Made by a program: the position numbers and the translations under genes
The notes under the pieces: generated by a model
The model's database searches: none
What the model was told of the DNA's origin: nothing
The model's input: only the letters and a program-made list of their open reading frames with translations
NCBI GenBank assembly: GCA_001779925.1
Contig: MFEK01000007.1
Coordinates: 4,108-68,107, forward strand
DNA: 64,000 nucleotides
Origin: Candidatus Doudnabacteria bacterium RIFCSPHIGHO2_01_FULL_46_14
GTDB taxonomy: Bacteria > Patescibacteriota > Doudnabacteria > UBA920 > 2-01-FULL-46-14
Direction: 5' to 3'
Shown here: in pieces, positions 26,888 through 36,471 of the stretch
Position numbering within the stretch: position 1 is the stretch's first letter
How the letters are laid out: every line of letters begins with the position of its first letter

Positions 26888-29800
26888 ATGCAATTTACGC
26901 ATCTTCACGTCCATTCACACTATTCCCTACTCGATGGGTTATCAAAAATCCCGGATCTTATAAGCGCCGTGCAAAAAAAAGGCATGGAGGCCGTGGCTCT
27001 GACAGACCATGGGGCGCTTTATGGTGCGCTCGAGTTTTACAAAGCAGCCCGACGCTCGGGTGTAAAGCCGATTATCGGCCTCGAGGCTTATGTGGCGCCA
27101 GGTAGCATGCTGGAAAAAAAGACTCCGGCCGACGCGGATTATTTTCACATGATCTTGCTGGCCCGCAATAACGAAGGCTACCAGAACCTTTTAAAGCTCG
27201 TTACCGCATCACACCTTGAAGGGTACTATTACAAACCACGCATTGATAAAAAATTACTCTCACAGTACTCATCCGGCCTGATCGGCCTATCAGGGTGTCT
27301 GCGCGGCGAGATTGCCCGGGCGGTCGCGGCCGGCAATTTTGATTCTGCAAAAAGAATCGCCCTGGAATACCAAAATATATTTGAGCCGGATGGTTTCTAC
27401 CTGGAACTGCAGAGAAACCTCGAGGAACCTCAGCAACAAACCGTCAACGACGGCCTAATCAAAATTTCCCGCGAGACTTCGATTCCGATCGTGGCAACCA
27501 ATGATGCGCACTACCTCAACCCGGAAGATAACGCGGCCCAGGACATCCTGGTTTGCATCGGCACCGGAACAACCGTAGAACAAACTGACCGTCTGGATAT
27601 GAGAAAAATGAAACTGCACCTGGCCTCGCCGGAAGAAATGGCAGAGCTATTTTCTGATATTCCCGAAGCGATCGCTAACACGCAAAAAATCGCGGACATG
27701 GTAGACCTGACGCTTTCCTTGGAAAAACGCCATTTCCCAAGCTTCCCGGTACCGGAAGGACAAAACGCGGAAGACTATCTGGAAAAGCTTTCGCTTAGAG
27801 GATTGAAAGAAAAAAAACCAGACCGCGAGCTCCCCGCAGAAATTTTGACCCGGCTGAACTATGAGCTTGATGTCATCAAAAAGAAAGGATACGCCGGGTA
27901 TTTCCTGGTAGTCGCGGATTTTGTAAACTGGTCGCGTGCGCGCGGCATTATCAGCACCACGCGCGGCTCTGCGGCCGGCTCTCTGGTGGCTTACGCGCTG
28001 GGCATTACGACCCTGAACCCTATAGAATACAAACTGCCGTTTGAGCGCTTTCTTAATCCCTACCGCCCCACTCCCCCCGATATTGATATGGATTTTGCCG
28101 ATAATCGCCGAGACGAGGTTTTAAATTATGTCAGCGACAAATACGGCCGCGATCGGGTTGCGCAAATCGTAACGTTTGGAACCATGATGGCCAGGGCTGC
28201 GGTACGCGATGTTGGCCGCGCTTTAGGCGTTGCGTATTCGAAATGCGACCGAATCGCGAAGATGATCCCCTTAGGCAAGCAGGGTTTCCACATGACCATA
28301 GAAAAAGCTTTGACGCTTGCGCCGGAGCTCAAAGAAGCCTTTGACCGCGACCAGGAGACGCGAAACCTCATCGAGCTTGCGCGCAAAGTCGAAGGCTGCG
28401 CCCGGCATGCTTCAGTCCACGCCGCCGGCGTGGTCATTGCCCCGACAAGCTTGTCCTCCTATACCCCGCTGCAGCTTGACACTGACAACAAAAACATCAT
28501 CACTCAATATGACATGCACTCTGTGGAAGAAGCGGGCCTTGTAAAAATGGATTTTCTGGGGATCCGCAACCTTTCCATTTTAGGAAATGCGGTCGAGGTG
28601 GTCCGCACTTCACGCGGTATTGATATTGATCTGGGAAAAATTCCGCTTGATGATCCGAAAACCTACAAACTGTTGTCCCTAGGGCGCACCATGGGAGTGT
28701 TTCAGCTTGGAGGAAGCGGTATGACCAAATATCTTGTGGATCTCAAACCCACGAACATCTTTGATATCATGGCCATGATATCTTTGTACCGCCCCGGCCC
28801 CATGGAATCGATTCCGGAATTTATCCAGAGAAAACACAATGCCGCGCTGATCACTTATATTGATCCGCGGCTCAAAGAAATTTTGGATATGTCCTATGGA
28901 GTCATCACTTACCAAGAAGACGTACTGCTGACCGCAATCACTGTTGCGGGATACACCTGGGAAGAAGCCGACAAGCTCAGAAAAGCAATGGGCAAAAAAA
29001 TCCCAAAAGAGATGATGGCCCAAAAAGAAAAATTTATCCAAGGAGCGATCACGGGAGGCTTGTCCTCAGAAAAGGCGGTCAAGCTTTGGGCTCTCATCGA
29101 ACCGTTTGCGGCTTACGGCTTTGGCAAAGCGCACGCTGCCTCTTACGCAATGGTAGCCTACCAAACGGCTTATATGAAAGCCAATTTTCCGGTCGAGTTC
29201 ATGGCCGCGGTCATGACTGCCGAGGCTGGGGATAATGAAAAAGTTGCGCAGGCAGTCAATGAATGCGCCAGTCTGGAGATTGAGGTCCTGCCGCCTGATG
29301 TAAACGAATCCCTGGCCAATTTTACCGCCATAAACGATCGCCAGATTCGCTTCGGCCTCAATGCCATAAAAAATCTTGGCTCAGACGTCATTGAGACCAT
29401 TATCGCCGAACGCGCTAAAGGAGGTGAATTTGCCTCGCTGGGTGATTTTGTTCGCCGCATGAAAACCCGCAATTTCAATAAAAAATCCTGGGAAGCGCTG
29501 GCGAAAAGCGGTTCGCTGGACAGGTACGGAGAGCGCAACCAATTGCTTTTGAACACCGAGATCATCCTCGAATACGCAAAGGCCGAACAAAAACAGCTGG
29601 CCTCCGGCCAATCCATGCTCCTCGGCGGCGCCACTGCCGCGGCTCAGGAACTGCTATTGAGGAACGCGCCGCAGGCCTCAGACCAGGAAAAACTTTCCTG
29701 GGAGAAAGAGCTGCTCGGCCTGTATGTTTCCTCGCACCCTCTGCGCAGCCATCGCGCGCTTCTGGAAAAATACTGCAAGCCGATTAATGTCCTTTCCATT

Positions 29801-30508
29801 GCGGACGAAAACCAGTATTTCACTATCGGCGGCATCATCACCCGCATCCAAAACATTCTCACCAAAAAAGGCGATCAGATGTGTTTTGCGGATATTGAGG
29901 ACGAAAGCGGCAAGCTGGAGCTGGTTGTGTTTCCGAATGTTTATAGTGAATCCAAATCCTTGCTCGCGGTAGACCAAATCCTTCTCACGAGAGGCAAGAT
30001 TTCCGATAAAGATGGGGAAATAAAACTGCTGGTGGATTCTATGAAATTGATTGGAGACGCGGATTTGGAAAAATGGGTTAACACTCGTAACTCCCCTAAC
30101 CCCTCTTACCCTAAGAGGGGTATTGCCCCCCACCTAACCTCCCCCACTGCCTACTCCGCCGAAGTGGCTACGGAGGCCGGACAGGGGGGAGGAAAAAATG
30201 CAGGGGATTTCCCTCCCCAGAACAGGACTTACTCTTCTATCTTCCCTCCCCCCGGTGAGGAGGGACTGAGGGAGGGGGGGCGCGTTCTCAAAATCAAAAT
30301 CCCCAAAACCGCAGACCCGCAGGTGTTTAACAAATTAAAAATCGTGTTCAACAAATTCCCAGGCGAGGTGGCCGTGTCCCTCGTCATCCCCGACCGCGAA
30401 GGAACGGAACGGGAAGTGAAAACTGACTTTAAAGTAGACAGCACCGACCTGTTCAAAACCGAGTTGCGGGAACTCTTACGCCAGAGCATCCAGCACGTCA
30501 AGTCTTGA
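26888..30508 (+). CDS. dnaE: DNA polymerase III alpha subunit
   Basis: PHP domain HLHVHSHYSLLDG, RGSAAGS, PPDIDMDF. Confidence 0.98.
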   Translation: MQFTHLHVHSHYSLLDGLSKIPDLISAVQKKGMEAVALTDHGALYGALEFYKAARRSGVKPIIGLEAYVAPGSMLEKKTPADADYFHMILLARNNEGYQNLLKLVTASHLEGYYYKPRIDKKLLSQYSSGLIGLSGCLRGEIARAVAAGNFDSAKRIALEYQNIFEPDGFYLELQRNLEEPQQQTVNDGLIKISRETSIPIVATNDAHYLNPEDNAAQDILVCIGTGTTVEQTDRLDMRKMKLHLASPEEMAELFSDIPEAIANTQKIADMVDLTLSLEKRHFPSFPVPEGQNAEDYLEKLSLRGLKEKKPDRELPAEILTRLNYELDVIKKKGYAGYFLVVADFVNWSRARGIISTTRGSAAGSLVAYALGITTLNPIEYKLPFERFLNPYRPTPPDIDMDFADNRRDEVLNYVSDKYGRDRVAQIVTFGTMMARAAVRDVGRALGVAYSKCDRIAKMIPLGKQGFHMTIEKALTLAPELKEAFDRDQETRNLIELARKVEGCARHASVHAAGVVIAPTSLSSYTPLQLDTDNKNIITQYDMHSVEEAGLVKMDFLGIRNLSILGNAVEVVRTSRGIDIDLGKIPLDDPKTYKLLSLGRTMGVFQLGGSGMTKYLVDLKPTNIFDIMAMISLYRPGPMESIPEFIQRKHNAALITYIDPRLKEILDMSYGVITYQEDVLLTAITVAGYTWEEADKLRKAMGKKIPKEMMAQKEKFIQGAITGGLSSEKAVKLWALIEPFAAYGFGKAHAASYAMVAYQTAYMKANFPVEFMAAVMTAEAGDNEKVAQAVNECASLEIEVLPPDVNESLANFTAINDRQIRFGLNAIKNLGSDVIETIIAERAKGGEFASLGDFVRRMKTRNFNKKSWEALAKSGSLDRYGERNQLLLNTEIILEYAKAEQKQLASGQSMLLGGATAAAQELLLRNAPQASDQEKLSWEKELLGLYVSSHPLRSHRALLEKYCKPINVLSIADENQYFTIGGIITRIQNILTKKGDQMCFADIEDESGKLELVVFPNVYSESKSLLAVDQILLTRGKISDKDGEIKLLVDSMKLIGDADLEKWVNTRNSPNPSYPKRGIAPHLTSPTAYSAEVATEAGQGGGKNAGDFPPQNRTYSSIFPPPGEEGLREGGRVLKIKIPKTADPQVFNKLKIVFNKFPGEVAVSLVIPDREGTEREVKTDFKVDSTDLFKTELRELLRQSIQHVKS
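30085..30280. repeat. Composite family C element in frame in the dnaE C-terminal linker
   Basis: About 65 Pro/Gly-rich codons from stacked palindromes. Confidence 0.85.
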
Positions 30509-30562
30509 CCTCCTAATTGAATTTCCGTATCCTTCATCTGACCATAATCCAAGGAGGATACG

Positions 30563-30946
30563 TTGAAAATTCTATTGTTTGCACCTTTCGGCCACGACAA
30601 GCTCAGCTCGTTAGCGCAAGCGCTAAAAGACGACACAGTTAAAATCTACTCCGAACTCCAGGCCGCTGATCTGCTGGAAGTCATGGATACCTTCGATCCA
30701 GAGCTCGTAGTAATGTTCTGGGATGGCTCAGACTCGTCAGAAGAAAAGAGAACAATGTCCAACCGGTGCTGGGATCTAATCCGAATCGTTAGGCGATACC
30801 GCAGTACCATTTGGGTAGTCGATGATTATTATCCCCATGAAACCAAAGATTACCAACGTCTATGCGACAAAGTCTTCGACGAAGACTTGTTCACCCCCGA
30901 AGTTTTCGCCGCCTTGATCAAAGCCGCCAGTCCGGTGCTGGCATGA
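30563..30946 (+). CDS. Hypothetical protein (possibly receiver-like fold)
   Basis: AAGGAGG Shine-Dalgarno, TTG start, MKILLF beta strand. Confidence 0.6.
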   Translation: MKILLFAPFGHDKLSSLAQALKDDTVKIYSELQAADLLEVMDTFDPELVVMFWDGSDSSEEKRTMSNRCWDLIRIVRRYRSTIWVVDDYYPHETKDYQRLCDKVFDEDLFTPEVFAALIKAASPVLA

Positions 30947-30975
30947 TTGACAAGTTCCGCCCAGAATCTTAGACT
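30947..30975 (+). promoter_or_regulatory. thrS promoter
   Basis: TTGACA-N17-TAGACT. Confidence 0.75.
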
Positions 30976-30979
30976 TTAA

Positions 30980-31126
30980 TTACCGATAGCGTTTGGACGA
31001 AGCCTAACCATCTTCGGAGCAATCGGTAAATCGAGAAAGTGTCTCCGACGCAAGGTCGGAGGAAGCCGGGTGGAACCGCTCCGACCATAGTCGGAGTCCC
31101 AGCAACAAGGATGTTGCTGGTTTTTT
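30980..31126 (+). promoter_or_regulatory. T-box riboswitch (Thr specifier ACC)
   Basis: GGGTGGAACCGC T-box, antiterminator closed by GTCCC, terminator CCAGCAACA/TGTTGCTGG-T6. Confidence 0.8.
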
Positions 31127-31143
31127 ATTTAATTAAAAGCATT

Positions 31144-31205
31144 GTCATTCCTGACTTGATCCGGAATCCAGAACCCAATGGATCCCAAATCAAGTTTGGG
31201 ATGAC
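31144..31205. repeat. REP-like palindrome
   Basis: GTCATTCCTGACTTGATCCGGAATCCA..TGGATCCCAAATCAAGTTTGGGATGAC. Confidence 0.7.
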
Positions 31206-31217
31206 AGAAATGAGACT

Positions 31218-32957
31218 ATGAAATCACTCGAAAATAATCGCCACTCACTCGCTCATCTTTTGGCTGCGGCAGTAATGGATCTGTGGCCGGATACCAAACG
31301 GACAATCGGCCCGGCGATCGACAATGGCTTTTATTTTGATTTCCAATTCTCCAAACCTATCTCAGATTCTGATCTGCCGAAAATCGAAAAAAAGATGCGG
31401 CAGATTCTACCGACCTGGGACAAATTTGAGAAGCACGAACTTTCTGCCGCAGAAGCCAAAAAAGAATATCCAGACAATTTGTTCAAACACGAACTCATTG
31501 ACGAATTTGCCAAGGACAGCGGTAAACTTAGCTTTTACAAATCCGGTGACTATTGGGATTTGTGCAAGGGCGGACATGTGGAAAGCATGAAAGAGGTAAA
31601 ACCTGATTCGTTCAAGCTCTCTCACATCGCAGGAGCGTATTGGCGCGGGGATGAAAAAAATCCCATGCTGACGCGGGTCTATGGCCTGGCGTTTGCCAGC
31701 AAACAGGAACTGGAGGAGCATTTAAAAATGCTGGAAGAAGCCAAAAAACGCGACCACAAAAAGCTTGGCGTGGACCTGGATCTATTTACTTTCTCGAATC
31801 TGGTTGGGGCAGGTCTGCCGCTATGGACTCCTAAAGGCACTATCCTCCGGGATTTACTGGATGATTATGTGTGGCACCTTCGACAAATTCGAGGTTATCA
31901 AAAAGTCGAAATCCCGCATATCACCAAAAAAGATCTCTATGAAAAAAGCGGTCACTGGGACAAATTTAAGGACGAACTCATGCGGATAAATACCCGAGAA
32001 GGACATGAATTTGCCATGAAGCCTATGAACTGCCCTCATCATATACAGATTTTTACCCGGAAGCCTCACAGCTATCGCGAAATGCCCCAACGCTACGCCA
32101 GCACAACCATGGTTTACCGCGACGAGCAAACCGGCGAACTTTCAGGACTTTCCAGGGTGCGTTCAATTACGCAAGATGATGCGCACGTTTTTGCCAGGCA
32201 TAACCAGATCAAAGACGAGATTCTCAAAGTCTGGGAAATAGTGGACGAATTTTACAGCGCATTTGGCTTTCCTATGGAAATTAGACTTTCCCTGCACGAT
32301 CCTGAGCAAAAGGATAAATATCTCGGCGATGCAAAAATTTGGAATGAAGCCGAAGATACACTGCGAGCTATCGCTAAACAAAAAAAAGTGAAGCCGATAG
32401 AAGGAATCGGTGAAGCTGCGTTTTATGGTCCAAAAATCGATTTCATGGCGAAAGATTCACTTGGACGACAGTGGCAGGTTGCAACTATTCAACTTGATTT
32501 TAATCAACCAGAACGATTTGACCTCGCCTGTGCTAACGAAAAAGGCGAAAAGGAACGAATAGCCATGATTCACGCGGCCGTTATGGGAGCTATTGAAAGG
32601 TTTATATCTATCATCATCGAGCATTTCGCCGGCGCGTTTCCGCTGTGGCTGTCCCCTGTCCAGGTCGCGATTTTGCCGATCAATGATGAGGTGGTGGAAT
32701 ATTCCGAAAAAATTGCCGCAGAATTGCGTACAGCAGGATTGAGGATCGAGCTCGACAGCCGCAACGAATCAATCGGCAAAAAAATCAGAGAAGCCGAGAA
32801 ACAAAAAATCCCCTATATGCTTATCATCGGGAAAAAAGAAATGGAAGCAGAAACAATCTCTGTACGGGGCAGGGGTGAAAAGGACCTAGGCAGTATGAGC
32901 CTGGACAAATTCATTGAGAAGATTCAAAAAGAAATCAGCGAAAAACAGATTCAATAA
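31218..32957 (+). CDS. thrS: Threonyl-tRNA synthetase
   Basis: RHSLAH, KPMNCP, AAFYGPKID, GAIERF. Confidence 0.98.
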   Translation: MKSLENNRHSLAHLLAAAVMDLWPDTKRTIGPAIDNGFYFDFQFSKPISDSDLPKIEKKMRQILPTWDKFEKHELSAAEAKKEYPDNLFKHELIDEFAKDSGKLSFYKSGDYWDLCKGGHVESMKEVKPDSFKLSHIAGAYWRGDEKNPMLTRVYGLAFASKQELEEHLKMLEEAKKRDHKKLGVDLDLFTFSNLVGAGLPLWTPKGTILRDLLDDYVWHLRQIRGYQKVEIPHITKKDLYEKSGHWDKFKDELMRINTREGHEFAMKPMNCPHHIQIFTRKPHSYREMPQRYASTTMVYRDEQTGELSGLSRVRSITQDDAHVFARHNQIKDEILKVWEIVDEFYSAFGFPMEIRLSLHDPEQKDKYLGDAKIWNEAEDTLRAIAKQKKVKPIEGIGEAAFYGPKIDFMAKDSLGRQWQVATIQLDFNQPERFDLACANEKGEKERIAMIHAAVMGAIERFISIIIEHFAGAFPLWLSPVQVAILPINDEVVEYSEKIAAELRTAGLRIELDSRNESIGKKIREAEKQKIPYMLIIGKKEMEAETISVRGRGEKDLGSMSLDKFIEKIQKEISEKQIQ

Positions 32958-33676
32958 ATAATATCTTTCGCCTGTTTGATGATTTCATAGGCCCGCAAGT
33001 TAAGACCAGCTTTGCGGTGATTTTCTGCTTCGTCGAGCAGGTCTGAGACTTGTTTGATTTTCTCTTTGCCCTGAACCGTGAGCAAAGCCTCTCGTACTAA
33101 AGTGATATGTTTGGAGAGAATGGTGCTGTGCTTGCGGATATCCGCTTCATTGGCCTGGTATTTTTCCACCATGAATCTGAAAATCTTTTCGTTTTGGCCG
33201 CGAGCTATAGATAACGCTTCTAATGCCACGGAAGGAATTTTCTCTACTGGCGCGCCTTCTTTGAGCTCGCGGAGATATTTTTCCTGAAGCCGGGTTTCTT
33301 CTTCGAATCGGTCTGCGACTGCAATCTCATTGCCGTCAATAAAGACAATCTTTTCAGCCATGTCCTCCGCGCTTTCCAAATAGTATTGGTAACGCCCGAG
33401 CGCCTGATTGAGATATTTCTCTTTCATCTCAGGAACAAACAAGAGGGCGCCAATTTCAGCCACGCGCTCGGATGCATAGGCCAATTTTTTAGCTTGCTTC
33501 TTTTTTGTGCTGAGCGTGAAAATGTTGACTGACAGCCACTCGGCTGGCTTTTCGAAAATATAAGCCAGCTCGCCAGGCAGTCGTCCCGGATCAGCCTCTA
33601 GCTCCGGCTCCAGACCGTGAGCCAGGACAGTTAAAGGCAAAAATACTATAATAATTATGATCGACAATATTCTCAT
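32951..33676 (-). CDS. Secreted helical protein (DUF5667-like)
   Basis: Signal peptide, PGRLPG..Y and ASERVAE; start at MRILS. Confidence 0.7.
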   Translation of the reverse strand: MRILSIIIIIVFLPLTVLAHGLEPELEADPGRLPGELAYIFEKPAEWLSVNIFTLSTKKKQAKKLAYASERVAEIGALLFVPEMKEKYLNQALGRYQYYLESAEDMAEKIVFIDGNEIAVADRFEEETRLQEKYLRELKEGAPVEKIPSVALEALSIARGQNEKIFRFMVEKYQANEADIRKHSTILSKHITLVREALLTVQGKEKIKQVSDLLDEAENHRKAGLNLRAYEIIKQAKDIIY

Positions 33677-33680
33677 CAAT

Positions 33681-33842
33681 ATGAATAATAACATTGGGCT
33701 GGAAAATCTCAAAGATGAACGCGCTACACGGCGCGAGAAAAAGAAACGGCCACGCATGCGAGTGCATGGGAGGAGCTTAAAAAAACCTAATTTGAGAGCC
33801 GTAAAACACATTGCTAAAATTGAACGCCGGAAGAATAAATAA
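33681..33842 (+). CDS. Possible small basic protein
   Basis: 53-aa Arg/Lys-rich ORF filling the gap before miaA. Confidence 0.4.
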   Translation: MNNNIGLENLKDERATRREKKKRPRMRVHGRSLKKPNLRAVKHIAKIERRKNK

Positions 33843-33911
33843 CTCCTCCTCGCCTCCCATTAAATTAAGGGGAGGAAACTATCCTCTTAAGATAAGCGGG
33901 GCGGAAAAATT

Positions 33912-34862
33912 ATGAAGTTGCCAAAGCTCATCATCATAACCGGACCCACCGCCTCCGGAAAGACTGCCTTGTCTTTAAAATTGGCCAAAAAAATTCACGG
34001 CGAAATAATCTCAGCTGACAGCCGGCAAATCTATCGCGGCATGGACATCGGGACGGCAAAACCGTCCCGAGATCAAAGATCAAAAATCAAAGATCAAAAT
34101 TTTTATTCCAAAGGGATTCGCCACCACCTCATTGATATTCGTAATCCTGATCAGCCCTATACTCTGGCTGAGTTCAAACGCGATGCCATAAAAGCGATAA
34201 ATACCATTGCGAAACGCGGCCGCGTCCCCTTTCTGGTCGGCGGCACAGCTCTCTACATCTGGGCTATTCTGGAAAATCCGGAAATACCCGAGGTTAAACC
34301 GAATAGCAAATTTAGAAATCTGCTTGAACGACAGTTACAGCGACACGGCGTTCAATACCTCTACAAAAAACTAATTCTAAAAGACCCCGAAGCCGCCTGC
34401 ATCATTGATCCAAAAAATCCCCGCAGAATCATCCGCGCTCTGGAAATAATGCACGCTACAGGCAAACCGTTTTCGGATTCTCGAAAAAAAGGAGCATCGC
34501 TCTTTGATTGCATGGTTTTGGGAATGAAACTGCCGCCCGCAAAATTGAAAAAAATAATCAAGCTTCGCGCAGCCCAGCAGTTACGCTCCAATCTCATTTC
34601 CGAAGTCCGAAGATTAACTAAAAAATATGGCATACAAAGGCAAGCCTTTGATGCTATAGGCTACCGCGAAATAATTTCTCATTTGAATGGGCAAATTTCC
34701 AAAGCCGAAGCTCTAAAACAAATCCAAAACAACACCTGGCATTTTGCTGGCCGCCAGATGACCTGGTTTAAAAAACTACCGATTGAGTGGATCAAAAATT
34801 ACAAGCAGGCTGAAACGAAAATCAAAACGCATTTATTCCTCCCCCTTGAAGGGGGAGGTTAG
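33912..34862 (+). CDS. miaA: tRNA dimethylallyltransferase
   Basis: GPTASGKT, DSRQIYRGMDIGTAK, RQMTWF. Confidence 0.96.
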   Translation: MKLPKLIIITGPTASGKTALSLKLAKKIHGEIISADSRQIYRGMDIGTAKPSRDQRSKIKDQNFYSKGIRHHLIDIRNPDQPYTLAEFKRDAIKAINTIAKRGRVPFLVGGTALYIWAILENPEIPEVKPNSKFRNLLERQLQRHGVQYLYKKLILKDPEAACIIDPKNPRRIIRALEIMHATGKPFSDSRKKGASLFDCMVLGMKLPPAKLKKIIKLRAAQQLRSNLISEVRRLTKKYGIQRQAFDAIGYREIISHLNGQISKAEALKQIQNNTWHFAGRQMTWFKKLPIEWIKNYKQAETKIKTHLFLPLEGGG

Positions 34863-34926
34863 GTGGGGATGGAGAATTTAAGTACTTCACCCCTCCCTTA
34901 ATCCCTCCCCCTCAAGGGGAGGGAAA
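34835..34926. repeat. Family C palindrome pair (supplies the miaA stop)
   Basis: TTCCTCCCCCTTGAAGGGGGAGGTTAGGTGGGG and CACCCCTCCCTTAATCCCTCCCCCTCAAGGGGAGGGAA. Confidence 0.8.
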
Positions 34927-34932
34927 ATTTCT

Positions 34933-36402
34933 TTAATGTAATTTTTCTTCAAGTAACCTACTGGCCACTTGCGGGTTGGCTTTCCCTTTCATTTCCGCCA
35001 TGATTTTGCCAACCAAAAATCCAAGGGCTTGTTTTTTGCCGCCTTTATAATCCGCGACAACATTGGCATTTTTAGCGATCACCTTGTCAACAACAGCTGT
35101 AATCGCGACTTCATCAGAGACTTGGGAGAGTCCCTCGTCCGCGGCTACATGCGAAGGATCGCCGCCGGTTTCGAACATCACTTCTAGAATCCTTTTGGCA
35201 GCTGTGGTAGAGACCTGGCCTTGATGGATCATTTTGATAAGCTCAGCCAGATTCTCTGCGGTGATGCGTGAGTTCTGCGGATCAATGCCCTCGATTTTGA
35301 GTAAAGCCTGAAGATCCCCACTGATCCAGTTGTAAGCCATCTTGGCCAGCTTGGCAATATCCGCCTCCAGTCTTTCCTCCTTGAACCATTCTTCCAGTTC
35401 TGAGACAACCTCCTCAAAATAGGCAGCCAAATTTTTGTCATTGACCAGCACCCCTGCATCTCGGTCCTGCAAACTAAATTCGGAAATAAATCTTTCCTCC
35501 TTTTGAGCTGGGAGCTCCGGGAGTTCTGCGCGTATCTTTTCCACATCCCCGCGGATAAAATGCATTATTGGCAAATCAGGCTCGGGAAAATAGCGGTAAT
35601 CATGGGCCTGCTCTTTAGTACGCTGCTCGACAGTAATCCCTTTGCTATCGTCCCACCCCCTGGTTTGGCTGGTCAATTTTTCTCCGCTTTCCTGCATTTC
35701 GCTTTGGCGCTTGATCTCATAGTTGAGCGCGGCTTCCACGGATTTAAAAGAATTAAGATTTTTAACCTCGATTTTATACGGCGGCAGATCCTGACTGCCT
35801 GCTGGACGCAGAGAAATATTTGCATCGCACCGCATATGTCCTTTTTCCATGTCCGCGTCTGAAACTCCGAGATACCGGACGATGTTTCGAAGATTTTGTA
35901 AAAAAATTTTTGCTTCGGCAGGGGTTCGAAAATCCGGTTCCGTTACAGTTTCAAGAAGCGGAACGCCGGCCCGATTCAGATCCACGAGCGTGGTACTTCC
36001 CTCATGAATCAATTTCCCCGCATCTTCCTCCAGATGCGCCCGGGTGATGCGAATCGGTCGCTTTTTGCCCTCGTATTCAACAACCTGGATACCGGCCCCG
36101 CAGATTGGCTGATCAAATTGGGAAATTTGGTATCCTTTAGGTAGATCCGGATAAAAATAATTTTTCCGGTCAAATTTGCTATATTCAGGGATCTCGCAGC
36201 CCAGCGCCAAACCGACCAAAATAGCCATATGAACCGCCTCTTTATTTATGACCGGCATTGATCCGGGCTGGGCAGTGCAAACCTCGCAGATATTCCGGTT
36301 CGGCTCAGTCTCGTCCGGATTATTCGGCGAGGCGCAAAACATTTTGGATCGTGTTTTCAATTGCACGTGTATTTCGAGACCGATGACTGGTTCGTAGTTC
36401 AT
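34933..36402 (-). CDS. gatB: Asp/Glu-tRNA amidotransferase subunit B
   Basis: IGLEIHVQL, RKNYFYPDLPKGYQISQ, YRYFPEPDL. Confidence 0.98.
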   Translation of the reverse strand: MNYEPVIGLEIHVQLKTRSKMFCASPNNPDETEPNRNICEVCTAQPGSMPVINKEAVHMAILVGLALGCEIPEYSKFDRKNYFYPDLPKGYQISQFDQPICGAGIQVVEYEGKKRPIRITRAHLEEDAGKLIHEGSTTLVDLNRAGVPLLETVTEPDFRTPAEAKIFLQNLRNIVRYLGVSDADMEKGHMRCDANISLRPAGSQDLPPYKIEVKNLNSFKSVEAALNYEIKRQSEMQESGEKLTSQTRGWDDSKGITVEQRTKEQAHDYRYFPEPDLPIMHFIRGDVEKIRAELPELPAQKEERFISEFSLQDRDAGVLVNDKNLAAYFEEVVSELEEWFKEERLEADIAKLAKMAYNWISGDLQALLKIEGIDPQNSRITAENLAELIKMIHQGQVSTTAAKRILEVMFETGGDPSHVAADEGLSQVSDEVAITAVVDKVIAKNANVVADYKGGKKQALGFLVGKIMAEMKGKANPQVASRLLEEKLH

Positions 36403-36471
36403 GTATTTATGCGATAATTCATAACTCAGTTCTCAAACCTAACTCTGACGTTTAACATACAAATTTTAAGT

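Noticed and set aside
30085-30280. Intein in DnaE or GuaA
   Set aside because: No N-terminal Cys/Ser with C-terminal His-Asn; the inserts are DNA palindromes also found between genes.
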